Shown here one piece after another: positions 1-9,926 of a DNA stretch of 64,000 bases. A program made the translations under genes and the position numbers. How positions within the stretch are numbered: the stretch's first letter is position 1; every line of letters begins with the position of its first letter. A model generated the notes under the pieces. It saw only the letters and a list, made by a program, of their open reading frames with translations, was not told the DNA's origin and did not search any database. The stretch comes from an uncultured delta proteobacterium (GTDB lineage Bacteria > Myxococcota_A > Polyangia > Polyangiales > Polyangiaceae). The stretch spans positions 800,001 through 864,000 of the forward strand of contig CAVOKF010000008.1 in assembly GCA_963696385.1 (NCBI GenBank), written 5' to 3'.

Positions 1-108
1 CTTCCGCCGCCTCCGGACGCGGCTCCTCCCCCCGACGCCGGCCTTGCGCCTCCCTTCGACGCCAGCGACCTGTCCGTCGCACCTACCCTTGTCGAACTGG
101 TCCGCTGA
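1..108 (+). CDS. 3' end of a gene entering from the left (Pro-rich PDAG-type tail)
   Basis: Frame 1 is open from base 1 (LPPPPDAAPPPDAGLAPPFDAS...LVR) to TGA at 106-108, followed by a terminator. Confidence 0.55.
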   Translation, partial: LPPPPDAAPPPDAGLAPPFDASDLSVAPTLVELVR

Positions 109-142
109 GATACGGCTAACTAACCAACAACACGCAGGCAGC

Positions 143-173
143 GCCCGGCCGGGTAACCGGCCGGGCTTTTTTT
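143..173 (+). terminator. Intrinsic terminator
   Basis: Perfect 10-bp stem GCCCGGCCGG-GTAA-CCGGCCGGGC followed by T7. Confidence 0.85.
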
Positions 174-207
174 ATGAAATGAAAAGCCCCCCGCGTCCAC
201 GCATTTC

Positions 208-1296
208 TCAGTAGCGCTCCGTGTCGTTGTTCGGCGCGTTCGGCACGGGGGGATACACGTTGCCGTGAATCGTCGTCCCGCCGTAAGCGAAAGACCCCGC
301 GAATGCGAGGAACGGGGCCGGGAAGTTGAGTGCGGGCCGGCTCAGTTCGTCCAGCTTGCCCACGTGCTCGGCCCGCAGCTTGACCTCCAGCGCTTCGACG
401 TTGTCGTCGAGCTGTGCGAGCGTGCGCGCACCGAGGATGGTCGAGGCGACGCCCGGGCGGCCCTGCACCCACGCCAACGCGACGCGCGCGGTCGTGGTTC
501 CGGTCTCCCTGGCGATCGCTTCAGCCGCTTCGACGATGTCGTAGGTCCTATCGTCGTTGAGGGCCCCGACCAGGAACTGACCCCGCGCAGGCGTGTGACG
601 ACCCTTGTCGGCCCTCTTGTATTTGCCCGAGAGGGCACCGCTCTTGAGAGGCGACCAAGGCGTGACCCCAAGTCCCATTTCCAAGGCCATCGGAACGAGT
701 TCACCCTCCACGGTCCGCTCGAGCAACGAGTACTCGATCTGGAGCGCGACGAGCGGCGCCCAGCCGCGAAGCTGCGCGACGGTTTGGGCCTGCGCCACCT
801 TCCATGCCGGGGTGTCCGAGAAACCGATGTAACGCACCTTGCCCACAGCGACGAGGTCGTCGAGCGTGCGCAACGTCTCGTCAATCGGCGTGTAATGGTC
901 CCAGGCGTGCATCCAGTACAAATCGATGTAGTCCGTCTGCAGACGTCGCAGCGATTCGTGGAGTTGAGCGTGAATGGCCTTTCGGCTCGCCCCGCCCCCG
1001 TTGGGATCGCCCGTGTACATGTTTGCGAAAAACTTCGTGGCGAGAACGAGCCGCTCCCGCTTGCGCGGATCGCGACCCACGTGATCTCCCAGGATCTTCT
1101 CCGAATGTCCCCGAGTGTACGCGTTGGCCGTGTCGATGAAGTTGCCCCCTCGATCGATGAAGCGGTCGATGATTTGCTGCGAGTCGGCGACGGACGCACC
1201 CCAACCGAGGTCTTCGCCGAAGGTCATTGCGCCGAGACAGAACGGGCTGACACGCAGGCCGGAACGGCCGAGCGTCACGTAATGATTGAGCGGCAT
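208..1296 (-). CDS. Aldo/keto reductase
   Basis: LGRSGLRVS, GNFIDTANAY, SLRRLQTDYIDLY, GKVRYIGFS motifs. Confidence 0.95.
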   Translation of the reverse strand: MPLNHYVTLGRSGLRVSPFCLGAMTFGEDLGWGASVADSQQIIDRFIDRGGNFIDTANAYTRGHSEKILGDHVGRDPRKRERLVLATKFFANMYTGDPNGGGASRKAIHAQLHESLRRLQTDYIDLYWMHAWDHYTPIDETLRTLDDLVAVGKVRYIGFSDTPAWKVAQAQTVAQLRGWAPLVALQIEYSLLERTVEGELVPMALEMGLGVTPWSPLKSGALSGKYKRADKGRHTPARGQFLVGALNDDRTYDIVEAAEAIARETGTTTARVALAWVQGRPGVASTILGARTLAQLDDNVEALEVKLRAEHVGKLDELSRPALNFPAPFLAFAGSFAYGGTTIHGNVYPPVPNAPNNDTERY

Positions 1297-1429
1297 GGCG
1301 GTGTCTTCGATGCACGGGCCGAGCCCGCCGTCGCTCTCCGCTAGTGCAGCGCCAGCCTAACAACGCAGGCGTACCCAGCGGAGCGGGGTACCGTCTACCG
1401 GGAGCGCTGTACTGCGAGGCCGTGAGCGA

Positions 1430-2242
1430 TCAGCCGAACTGCGCGGATCGCTTGGTGAACGCGCCCCCCATCCAGAAGCCGACGATGGGAAACGTCACGG
1501 CGGGTCGCTCGTCGCCGAGGGCACCGAGCGCGACGAGCAGCGGGGCGTAGTGCTCCCACGTGGGCAGCGCCATCTGGGCCGCCGGTGCGCGCACCTTGAA
1601 GTCCAGCAACGCGTCGAGGTCGAGCCGCGATAGCGCACCCTCGGCCCAACCGTCGAAGTCGCGGGCCCACGCAGGCACTCCGGGACGAAACGCGTACCGC
1701 ATGTTGTGCGTGAGAAACCCGCTGCCGAAGATGAGCACGCCCTCTTCGCGCAAAGGCGCCAGGGCGCTGCCCAGTTTGAACAGCTGCTGCGTGTCGAGCC
1801 CAGGCATCGATACCTGAAGCACCGGAATGTCGGCCTCAGGGTACATCGCCACGAGCGGCACGTACGCCCCATGGTCGAGTCCGCGCCGCGGGTCGTCGGC
1901 GACGTCGATGCCCTTCTGGCGCAACAGATCGCGAACCCGATCGGCGAGTCGAGGCGCACCCGGCGACGCGTACTGGGTGAGGTAATAACGCTCGGGAAAG
2001 CCATAGAAGTCGTAGACGAGCGGGACCGAACGCGTGGCCCCGAGTGTCGTGGGCCGCTCCTCCCAGTGAGCCGACACCATAAGGATGCTCCTCGGCCTCG
2101 GCATCGCCTTCGCCCAGGCGGCGAGCTCGCCCATCCACACTTCGTCGTCGAGCAGCACCGGTGCTCCGTGCGCGGCGAAGACGGTCGGCATTTTCGACGG
2201 GAGCGTGCTCTCGAACGGTTCGTTCGAGCCAGGGGACTCCAT
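1430..2242 (-). CDS. DODA-type / LigB-family extradiol dioxygenase
   Basis: HGAP, SAHWE, YDFYGFP, RGLDHG, PTWEHY motifs; start uncertain. Confidence 0.9.
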   Translation of the reverse strand: MESPGSNEPFESTLPSKMPTVFAAHGAPVLLDDEVWMGELAAWAKAMPRPRSILMVSAHWEERPTTLGATRSVPLVYDFYGFPERYYLTQYASPGAPRLADRVRDLLRQKGIDVADDPRRGLDHGAYVPLVAMYPEADIPVLQVSMPGLDTQQLFKLGSALAPLREEGVLIFGSGFLTHNMRYAFRPGVPAWARDFDGWAEGALSRLDLDALLDFKVRAPAAQMALPTWEHYAPLLVALGALGDERPAVTFPIVGFWMGGAFTKRSAQFG

Positions 2243-2276
2243 GGTCTCAACCTGTTTCGTGTGCACGCGCGCCCTC

Positions 2277-3533
2277 TCACTGCGGAAGGCAGTCTGCCCC
2301 CGCCGTCTCCAAGGGTGAGCACGTCGTCGACGCGGGACACGTCCCGGCGGCGGTGTTGGCGTCGCCTCCGGAGGTCACATCCCCTTGTGCGTCGCTCGCC
2401 TGTTGTGCGTCGCTCGCCTGCGGCGAATCGCTCGCTACCTCGGCGTCGCTCGCCGGCGAGGCATCGCTCGCGAGCGGAGCGTCGCTCGCCACCTCGGCGT
2501 CGTTCCCCGGCGAGCCGTCGTCGTTCGCTGGCGAGGCGTCGCTCGCCACCTGGGCGTCGCTCGCCGGCGAGGCGTCGCTCGCGGAGACGCCACCGTCACT
2601 GGCAGCGACCGAGCAACCTGGGAAGCATTGGCCTAAGAGGCCCGGGTTTTGGACCGCAAAGCCGGCCGTGGATGCTCCGTTCGCGGCCGTGAACGTCGTT
2701 TGCAGAAACGCATCGCAAACGAAACCGGAGGGGCAGGCCGCCGTAGTGCCCGTCACGCAGGCCGGCGAGCAGATGCCATTGCCGACGCCCCCGTCGTCCA
2801 ATATCTCGGTAAAGCAGACGCAGACACCCGTGGTCGTGTCCGCCTCGGTGCAAGGCGCGCCAGGCTCTTTGGTCGGCGCAACGACTTGGCTCACACAAAG
2901 TCCCCTGTCGACCTGGCACGTGGTGCCGGACGGACATTGGGCGTCTGCTGTGCACGCCGACTCGCACGCTCCGATGCCGTTGGAAATGTCGCCGAAACTG
3001 TCTTCGGACAGCCCCAACACGGCGCACGCGCTGCCCGCAGCGCACCCCACCGGCTTGCTGCCGTTACGCAGCACCTGGCATTGGGGATAGCACACGCCCA
3101 GGCCGTCCCCCAGATCGATGCACACGCCAGGAGACGAGGACACATCCGGGCCATCGCAGAAATGTAGATCTCCGTCGTCGCCGGGATTGCAACTGGTCAG
3201 GACACACACCGGAGTCGGAAAGAGAACGCCTTCCTGCAAAGACGAGCTGCACACGTTGATTCCCGGGCCACCCGGCGGCTGGCAGTCGGCGTCGGACGTG
3301 CAGACTTGGCCCACGGTACCGTCGTAAAGGCTACCGCCGGCCGGGGTGCCCGCGTCGGGCGCGGTCGATCCCGCGTCACCGCGATGGACGGGCCCTGCGT
3401 CCGTCATGTTGCTGGATCCCGAAGCGGCCCCGCTGCCTGGGTTGCTCGAACACCCGCCGTAAAGGACGACGGTGCCGGCGAACAGGGCGCCGAACGCCAC
3501 GACCGATCGCGGCTGGAAATGTCTCTGGAACAT
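2277..3533 (-). CDS. Cys-rich lipoprotein with an ASDAxx repeat insert
   Basis: GGAGG RBS before ATG 3533; hydrophobic stretch ending YGGC; 29 Cys by my count. Confidence 0.8.
   Translation of the reverse strand: MFQRHFQPRSVVAFGALFAGTVVLYGGCSSNPGSGAASGSSNMTDAGPVHRGDAGSTAPDAGTPAGGSLYDGTVGQVCTSDADCQPPGGPGINVCSSSLQEGVLFPTPVCVLTSCNPGDDGDLHFCDGPDVSSSPGVCIDLGDGLGVCYPQCQVLRNGSKPVGCAAGSACAVLGLSEDSFGDISNGIGACESACTADAQCPSGTTCQVDRGLCVSQVVAPTKEPGAPCTEADTTTGVCVCFTEILDDGGVGNGICSPACVTGTTAACPSGFVCDAFLQTTFTAANGASTAGFAVQNPGLLGQCFPGCSVAASDGGVSASDASPASDAQVASDASPANDDGSPGNDAEVASDAPLASDASPASDAEVASDSPQASDAQQASDAQGDVTSGGDANTAAGTCPASTTCSPLETAGADCLPQ
2385..2583 (-). repeat. Degenerate 18-bp tandem repeat encoding about 11 ASDA(S/Q/E/P)(P/V/L/Q/G) hexapeptides
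   Basis: Recurring gcgtcgctcgcc units on + strand. Confidence 0.85.
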
Positions 3534-4004
3534 AGGCGCCCGCCTCCCACGAAGGGAAACAGCACTTCTAGCGCGATCGCGCAGGACGGCCAGTCGAGAG
3601 TCCGGCCGCCGTCGCACCGTACTCGTGACGACTCGTAACGCGGCTCGTAACGCGCGGCCGGCGTCGCTGCGACCACGGTTTTCGGGCCCGCATCACGGGC
3701 GTCGCCGACGGCCGCATCCAAGCAGATATCGTGAGACGGGCAATTTACACGGTCAGCTCAATCGGCACATCGATGGACGACGTGCTCGCGCATCGCTGCC
3801 CGGTTGAGCCATTGGGCGCGTCGCTTGTGGCGTCGGTCGGGATGCGCGGGCAACGGGCAAGAAGCACGGCGTTTGGATCACTGCGAGCGAGGCCACGCGT
3901 CGAAGCGTGGCCCATGCGGCCGCCACGAGAGGGAAGTCCTGCGCCGGGGTTGGGAAAGTGCTTAACTGACTTCGCACGAACGAGCGAGCCATGCCGGGGT
4001 TTGA

Positions 4005-5366
4005 ATGCTCCATGGGATTTTCTTCAAAGGCGTCTCCGCGATTCACCTGCGCCCGGATCGTCCCGGCCGCCGCGCGATCGCCGCGTTGATCCTGCTCATG
4101 GGGCCGCAGACGATCATGGGCTGCACGTCGTCATCCAAGTCGACGGCATGCGAAAATTCGCAGTGCGCAGCGGGCAACGCATGCATCGATGACGATTCGG
4201 GCGCGAGAGCGAGTTGCCATCGCCTCTGCACCGGTCAGGAGGATTGCCCGGCCGGCTGGTATTGCAACGACGGGAAGCCTTCGAGCTGGTGCGCCTCGTT
4301 GGCGACGCAAGTCCTGCCTAAAGCGGGCCAGTTCGGGACGGCCTGCCTGCCGAGCGGCGGCGAGGCGAACAACCCGGCTTGCGACGTAGCCGACGGCTTC
4401 TCGTGCTACGGCACTTCACCAGCCGACGCGAATGCGTTCTGCACGCTCTTCGGCTGCACCAAGGGTACCGATTGCCCGGGTGGCTGGTGGTGCGAGGTCG
4501 TCGACGTCGCCCCGAACGTGACGACGTCCGTCCGCTCGTTCGGCCCGACGCGCGCCGTCTGCCTGCCACGCCAGTATTGCGCGACCTGCCAGACCGATCA
4601 CGACTGCTCGCCAAGCGCGGATGGAACGGACGAGCACTGCGCGACGGACGCGAACGGAAACGGATTTTGCACACCCGAATGTGCGTCGAACGCCGCCTGC
4701 CCCCTCGACGCGACGTGCGTCCCGGCGTTCGATGTGTGCGTGGCGACCGCTTGCATGACCGATGGCGACTGCACCGTGGGCGGGGCAACCGAACAGTGCT
4801 TCGGCGGGTCGTGCGCGATCCCCTGCAAGACCGAGGGGGGGTCGTGCCCGCCGATCAACGGTGCCCCCGCGCACTGCAGCTCCGCGGGCTCTTGCGTAGC
4901 GCAAGCCTGCGCGAGCGACGACGATTGCCCGCCGACCGATGGAACGTTCCAACACTGCCTGGCGGGCACATGCACCCCCGAATGCGGCGGTCCGGCCGAC
5001 TGCGGCGCCGGCCAAACGTGCGGCCTGCTCTCGGTTTGCCACCCCCGCGCGGGTGTGTGCGTCGGAGACGGAGGTTTCTGTTCGCCCTGCCGTTCCGATG
5101 CCGACTGCCAGGATGGCTACTGCTTGAGCGCCCCCAATTCCACCGAGCGGTTCTGCAGCCAAACGACGACAGCGGCATGCTCGGCCGACGCCGGGCCAAT
5201 CGGGATCTGCCCGGCACGCCCGAACGACGCGCCGTACATGGGCGTCACATGCACGTCCGCAGACGATGGATTCGCACCGGCCAATCAGTGCGTCGCGTTC
5301 GTCAGCATCGGCACGCTGACCGGAGACCAACAGGAGACTCCAGGATGTTATACCATCGATCGCTGA
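4005..5366 (+). CDS. Highly Cys-rich lipoprotein
   Basis: Signal ending TIMGC; 53 Cys by my count in repeated C-x3-C-x5-C modules. Confidence 0.8.
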   Translation: MLHGIFFKGVSAIHLRPDRPGRRAIAALILLMGPQTIMGCTSSSKSTACENSQCAAGNACIDDDSGARASCHRLCTGQEDCPAGWYCNDGKPSSWCASLATQVLPKAGQFGTACLPSGGEANNPACDVADGFSCYGTSPADANAFCTLFGCTKGTDCPGGWWCEVVDVAPNVTTSVRSFGPTRAVCLPRQYCATCQTDHDCSPSADGTDEHCATDANGNGFCTPECASNAACPLDATCVPAFDVCVATACMTDGDCTVGGATEQCFGGSCAIPCKTEGGSCPPINGAPAHCSSAGSCVAQACASDDDCPPTDGTFQHCLAGTCTPECGGPADCGAGQTCGLLSVCHPRAGVCVGDGGFCSPCRSDADCQDGYCLSAPNSTERFCSQTTTAACSADAGPIGICPARPNDAPYMGVTCTSADDGFAPANQCVAFVSIGTLTGDQQETPGCYTIDR

Positions 5367-6130
5367 AACGAACTCGGACGAGCGAGCGCGCTCGCCGTTT
5401 GGCCGGCGCGCTCGGCCGATCCATCCTCGCCGCTCTTGCCGGTTGCGGAAGCGCAGGCTCGGGGTCCGCCGGGCCGGCTTGCGATCCGTGCGACGGCGGC
5501 AGCGCCCTGGTGACGACGCCGCTCACGGGGCACTACAACAATCCCGACGGAATCCCCTACCCGGACCCGGCCACCGGCTACGGGCGCAGTTCGCGCAGCG
5601 GAACGACGCCCGGCAGTGTCATACAAAACTACCGCTTTCTCGGCTATCCAAACTCCGATACCTCCATGGGTCTGCAAACCGTAGCATTCGCGGACTTCTA
5701 CGACCCTTGCATGAAGCAGCCGTACAAGCTCCTTCATGTCACCGTGGCCAGCGTTTGGTGCGAACCCTGCAATGAGGAGACGACTGCTCTCGCGCAGGGC
5801 GCCGCCCAGCTGTCGATGGATGGCGCGGTCGTCTTCCAGGTGCTCGACGACGGTCCGATCAAGGGGACACCGGCGACGAAGGCCGATCTCGTTTACTGGA
5901 TCATGGATCACTCCACGACGTTCACCGAAGCTCTCGATCCCGAGCTCGCCAATCTCGGCTCGCTCGTCGACGCCGCGACCGTCCCATGGAACTGCGACAT
6001 CGATCCGCGTACCATGGAAATTCTCGATCAGAGCAGCGGTTGGACGGGCGACATCACGAGCGAACTCGCGCCCGGCTTTGCGGCGCTGCCGGCAACCCCC
6101 AGCTACCCGATACCGACCGAGTGCAATTGA
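5363..6130 (+). CDS. Thioredoxin-like (TlpA/redoxin) lipoprotein
   Basis: C-terminal part of ORF 4379-6130; lipobox LAGC; VASVWCEPC motif; start is CTG 5363 or TTG 5399. Confidence 0.75.
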   Translation: MKRTRTSERARRLAGALGRSILAALAGCGSAGSGSAGPACDPCDGGSALVTTPLTGHYNNPDGIPYPDPATGYGRSSRSGTTPGSVIQNYRFLGYPNSDTSMGLQTVAFADFYDPCMKQPYKLLHVTVASVWCEPCNEETTALAQGAAQLSMDGAVVFQVLDDGPIKGTPATKADLVYWIMDHSTTFTEALDPELANLGSLVDAATVPWNCDIDPRTMEILDQSSGWTGDITSELAPGFAALPATPSYPIPTECN

Positions 6131-6687
6131 ACGCGGCCGCGCCCATTTCGATCGCTGTGGCTGCGGCCATCGGCTGCGCCCCCGCGTCCGGACCGCTCTC
6201 GGCCACCCCGCCCCCCGACCTGCCGTCGGACCGATCGACGGCCACGTCCGCGCCGGACTTCTCGGCGTCCGAACTCGGCGGCAAACTGTTTCACCTGCGC
6301 GATCACATCGGCAAGGAGGTCATCGTCCTCGATTTTTGGGCGACGTATTGCGAACCGTGCAAATCGGAATTCCCTCACCTTCGATCGCTGTACCAAAAGG
6401 ACAGGGACCGAGGGTTGCTGGTGGTCGGCGTGTCGATGGACGGGCCCGAAACATCCGCGGACGTGTCGGCGTTCGTGCGCCGGTTCGAGTTGGATTTCCC
6501 TATCGTGCTCGACGAAGATTCGCGGATCGCGAGACTGTACAACCCGAAGAAATCCATGCCCCTCAGCGTCATCGTCGACCGGACGGGGCGAATTGCGATT
6601 GTTCGCGAAGGCTTCAGCCCCGGTGACGAAAAGCTCATCGCACTCGACGTGGAGCGCGTGTTATCCGATCCGCAACCGGTGAGGTAG
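6127..6687 (+). CDS. TlpA-family disulfide reductase lipoprotein
   Basis: TTG overlaps upstream TGA; lipobox AIGC; APDF...GKEVIVLDFWATYCEPC; cis-Pro SMP loop. Confidence 0.9.
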   Translation: MNAAAPISIAVAAAIGCAPASGPLSATPPPDLPSDRSTATSAPDFSASELGGKLFHLRDHIGKEVIVLDFWATYCEPCKSEFPHLRSLYQKDRDRGLLVVGVSMDGPETSADVSAFVRRFELDFPIVLDEDSRIARLYNPKKSMPLSVIVDRTGRIAIVREGFSPGDEKLIALDVERVLSDPQPVR

Positions 6688-6761
6688 GGCCCCGACGCGT
6701 CGTGGAACCGTTTTTCGACGCACGCATCGGCGTAGCGCCCGCGCCGGGTTCGCCGGGCACG

Positions 6762-8648
6762 ATGCGCCGAGGTCGGGCGAGCCAGATCGGCGCTCTCGCC
6801 GCGGCGGCGATCGTCTTCGCCACGCCGGCTTCGAGGGCGGCCGACGTCGGGAACGTCGTTGGCAAAGATTTGGTGCTCGACGTCACCGAGACGACCATCG
6901 TGGCGCAGCACTTCGACGCCCGGGGCGGCGAACTTCCGCAAGACTCGGGCTGGGGCGAATGGCTCAATCGCCTCAATGCGGCGCTGCGCTGGGGAAACTG
7001 GACGGCCGGGCTGCGCATCGACTCGCAGGTGTATTGGCGGCGTCCGATCGACAATCCGAACTTCGGATCGCTCACGCCACCCAATCAGGCTCAAGTCGTG
7101 CTCGACAACGAATCGCGCTTTCGCACATCGGTGTATCCGTCCAAAGTCTGGGCGACGTTCGCCTCCCGCGGCGTCGAAGTGACGGTCGGAGACAGCTACG
7201 TTCAGTTCGGACGAGGGCTGGTCCTGCTGATGCGTAAGATCGACGACCTCGGCGTGGACACCACGCTGCGCGGCGTGAAGGCTCGCGTCGAGCAGGATTC
7301 CTTCGCTGTGACGGCCGTCGCGGGCTTCGGCAACCCATCGCGCGTCGACGAGGCAACCGGGCGCGCGCTCTTCGTGAGCGTGCCGGCGCCCGGCGACATG
7401 GCGATGCCCATGTTTGGGAGCGACCGCATCGTCGGGGCCGAAATTCAAGCGGGCCGCGGACTGCCCGTCGTACTCGCGACGCACGCCGTCCAGGTTGCTC
7501 GGTGCGCCCCGTACGCGTACGACGCGGGCCGCCCGATCACCAACTTCGGCGCCGACCCATCGGGTGTCCTCTTTGGGACCTGCAACCCGAGCGATACGGC
7601 GATCTGGCTCGCGTCGCTGCCGAACGACCCGACGTCGCTCAACGCGCGCGACATCACGATGATGAGCGAGTCGCTCGAGGTTCCCGATCTCTGGGGGCAC
7701 GGCAAGCTCTACGTCGAAGCGGCACTGCAGCAGCGAATGCACGACAACCGCGCGGAAGACCTCGACGGGAACGGGAATGCGATTTACTCGGCGCTTTCGC
7801 TCGACGCCGGACCCGCGGCGCTCACGTTCGAGCTCAAGAGCAATCGCAATTTTTACGCCGTTCCCGCAGCCATCAACCTGTCGCGAGCGAGCGAGTTCAT
7901 CGCCGACACGTACTCGTTTCTGCCGCCCGCCGAGACGTTCAATCAGATCGATACCGAGTTCGGAAATTTCAACGCGTGCGTCGACGGCGGGCGTTTGCGC
8001 GGCGACTACCGGGTGGGCAAGAGCCTGATGCTCTGGGCCCAGGGCGTCTACGCGTACACCAAATCGGAGCAAAATGCCGAATGTGACGCCCACGGCAACA
8101 CGATCGGGACTCCCCCCGCCGCCGCCGCCAGCGTCCAGAATCGCGTCTGGGACGGCGTGGGCGGCTTCGAATGGTACTTCGACGCCCAGTCGTCACACGT
8201 GTACGCATCGGTCGGGGCCCGCGACGACACGATGGCGACGGGGGAATTTTTCTACCGCGAACTCCACGCGGAGTACTCCATCGTCAAATGGATCACGGGA
8301 CCCGTATCCATCGAGATTCAAGGACGTCACCGACTTCGCAAAGAGGCAAGCACCAACCTCGAGCCCGTTGGCGACACCTACGTCGAACAGTGGTGGCACG
8401 AAGGCGAGAACTATGTGGCGCTGAAGGTGGCCCCGAAGTGGGTATTTACTCAGGGCTTCGAGTACACGACGTTGATCGGGCAGCCCACCTATTACGTGAA
8501 CGGGGGGGCGATCTACAAGTTCACGAGCGGATCGAACGTGCGCCTGTTCGTCGGGCAGCAGAGGGGAGCCTTTCGATGCACGAGTGGAGCGTGCCGCTAT
8601 TTCCCTCCCTTCGAGGGCGCCGAGGCCGAGCTCACGCTGAGGTTCTGA
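6762..8648 (+). CDS. Outer-membrane beta-barrel protein, DUF6029-like
   Basis: Signal peptide; VGDSYVQFGRGLVL; C-terminal GQQRGAFRCTSGACRYFPPFEG...LTLRF ending in Phe. Confidence 0.7.
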   Translation: MRRGRASQIGALAAAAIVFATPASRAADVGNVVGKDLVLDVTETTIVAQHFDARGGELPQDSGWGEWLNRLNAALRWGNWTAGLRIDSQVYWRRPIDNPNFGSLTPPNQAQVVLDNESRFRTSVYPSKVWATFASRGVEVTVGDSYVQFGRGLVLLMRKIDDLGVDTTLRGVKARVEQDSFAVTAVAGFGNPSRVDEATGRALFVSVPAPGDMAMPMFGSDRIVGAEIQAGRGLPVVLATHAVQVARCAPYAYDAGRPITNFGADPSGVLFGTCNPSDTAIWLASLPNDPTSLNARDITMMSESLEVPDLWGHGKLYVEAALQQRMHDNRAEDLDGNGNAIYSALSLDAGPAALTFELKSNRNFYAVPAAINLSRASEFIADTYSFLPPAETFNQIDTEFGNFNACVDGGRLRGDYRVGKSLMLWAQGVYAYTKSEQNAECDAHGNTIGTPPAAAASVQNRVWDGVGGFEWYFDAQSSHVYASVGARDDTMATGEFFYRELHAEYSIVKWITGPVSIEIQGRHRLRKEASTNLEPVGDTYVEQWWHEGENYVALKVAPKWVFTQGFEYTTLIGQPTYYVNGGAIYKFTSGSNVRLFVGQQRGAFRCTSGACRYFPPFEGAEAELTLRF

Positions 8649-8855
8649 CCCAATGCTTCAGAACCATGCGGGGGCAAGGGATTCGAGATCCGCTTCGGCG
8701 GCGCAGTTCCGCAAGGCTACACATCCATCCGGCCGTCGTCGGTGGGACGGTCCCTCGAGGGCGTCCTTTCGCCGGCCGGCACTCGACCTGACGTCGTCGG
8801 AGCCGTAGGCTCGGCTTCGATGCCCGACTTCCCGGCTTTCACGAAGTGATCGCGC

Positions 8856-9926
8856 ATGCCATCGACGAGCACCTCCGCCGCGCCACGCGCGCGCATCCTT
8901 ACCGGCGACACCCCTTCGGGGAAGCTCCACATCGGCCACTGGGTCGGATCGCTCGAGAATCGCGTGCGACTGCAGGACGCGTACGAGTGCTACTTCCTCA
9001 TCGCCAACCTGCACGCCTTCACGACGCGCGCCGATAGGCCCTCCGAGATCGCGCACGACACGCTCGAGATCCTCAAGGACTGGCTCGCCGCCGGCATCGA
9101 CCCCGATCGCGCCACGGTCGTCGTGCAGAGCGAGGTGCCGGCGATCACGGAGCTTACTTGGCACCTGTCGATGCTGCTGCCCTTCAACCGGGTCATGCGC
9201 AACCCCACGCTGAAGGAGGAGCTCGACGTGAAGGGACTCGGCGACAAGTACAGCTTCGGGTTTCCCCTCTACGCGGTCGGGCAGTGCGCCGACATCCTCG
9301 CGTTCCGTCCGGCGCTCGTTCCCGTCGGCGAGGACCAGCTCGCACACATCGAGATGTGCCGCGAAGTGGCCCGGCGTTTCAATCACACCTACTGCGGGGT
9401 GGATCCGGCGACGCCCGACGCCGAACACGTCCGGGCGGGCGGGCTGCTCCCGATCCCCGTGGGGCTCGTGGGACGGGTGGGCCGCCTCGTCGGCGTCGAC
9501 GGCACGCAGAAAATGTCGAAGAGCCTCGGCAACGCCATCTACCTCACCGACACAACGGCGCAGATCAAGAAGAAGGTGGCGCAGATCTACACCGGCCGCG
9601 TCGAGATGAACGCGCCGGGCGACACGGACAACGCGCTCTTCCAATACGTCCGCAGCTTTGTCGCCGACCCGGCGCGGGTCGCGGAGCTGGAGGACCGTTA
9701 CCGGCGGGGCGACGCCATCGGCGACGGACACCTGAAGGCCGAGGTCGCAGCCGCCATCGACGCGCTTCTGGCGCCGATGCGGGAGCGGCGCGCGCGCTTC
9801 GACGCGCGGGGCGGCGACGACATGCTCTACGACATCATCCGGACTCACTCGGCGCGCGCGAACGGAGCCGCCGCCGAGACGCTTGGCGGGGTGCGGGAGG
9901 CCATGAAGCTGCAGTTCGTGCGCTAG
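8856..9926 (+). CDS. trpS: Tryptophan--tRNA ligase
   Basis: TGDTPSGKLHIGH (HIGH), VPVGEDQ, KMSKS. Confidence 0.97.
   Translation: MPSTSTSAAPRARILTGDTPSGKLHIGHWVGSLENRVRLQDAYECYFLIANLHAFTTRADRPSEIAHDTLEILKDWLAAGIDPDRATVVVQSEVPAITELTWHLSMLLPFNRVMRNPTLKEELDVKGLGDKYSFGFPLYAVGQCADILAFRPALVPVGEDQLAHIEMCREVARRFNHTYCGVDPATPDAEHVRAGGLLPIPVGLVGRVGRLVGVDGTQKMSKSLGNAIYLTDTTAQIKKKVAQIYTGRVEMNAPGDTDNALFQYVRSFVADPARVAELEDRYRRGDAIGDGHLKAEVAAAIDALLAPMRERRARFDARGGDDMLYDIIRTHSARANGAAAETLGGVREAMKLQFVR

Noticed and set aside
60..190. Leader-peptide attenuator
   Set aside because: The hairpin is followed by a convergent gene rather than a regulated operon; a plain terminator explains it
2385..2583. Possible CRISPR or non-coding repeat array
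   Set aside because: In-frame 18-bp coding repeats without spacers
4379..5362. 5' part of the 583-aa ORF
   Set aside because: Arg-rich out-of-frame overlap with the Cys-rich gene; only the part from about 5363 looks coding
8650..8855. T-box or attenuator before trpS
   Set aside because: No T-box consensus, Trp-codon leader or terminator seen
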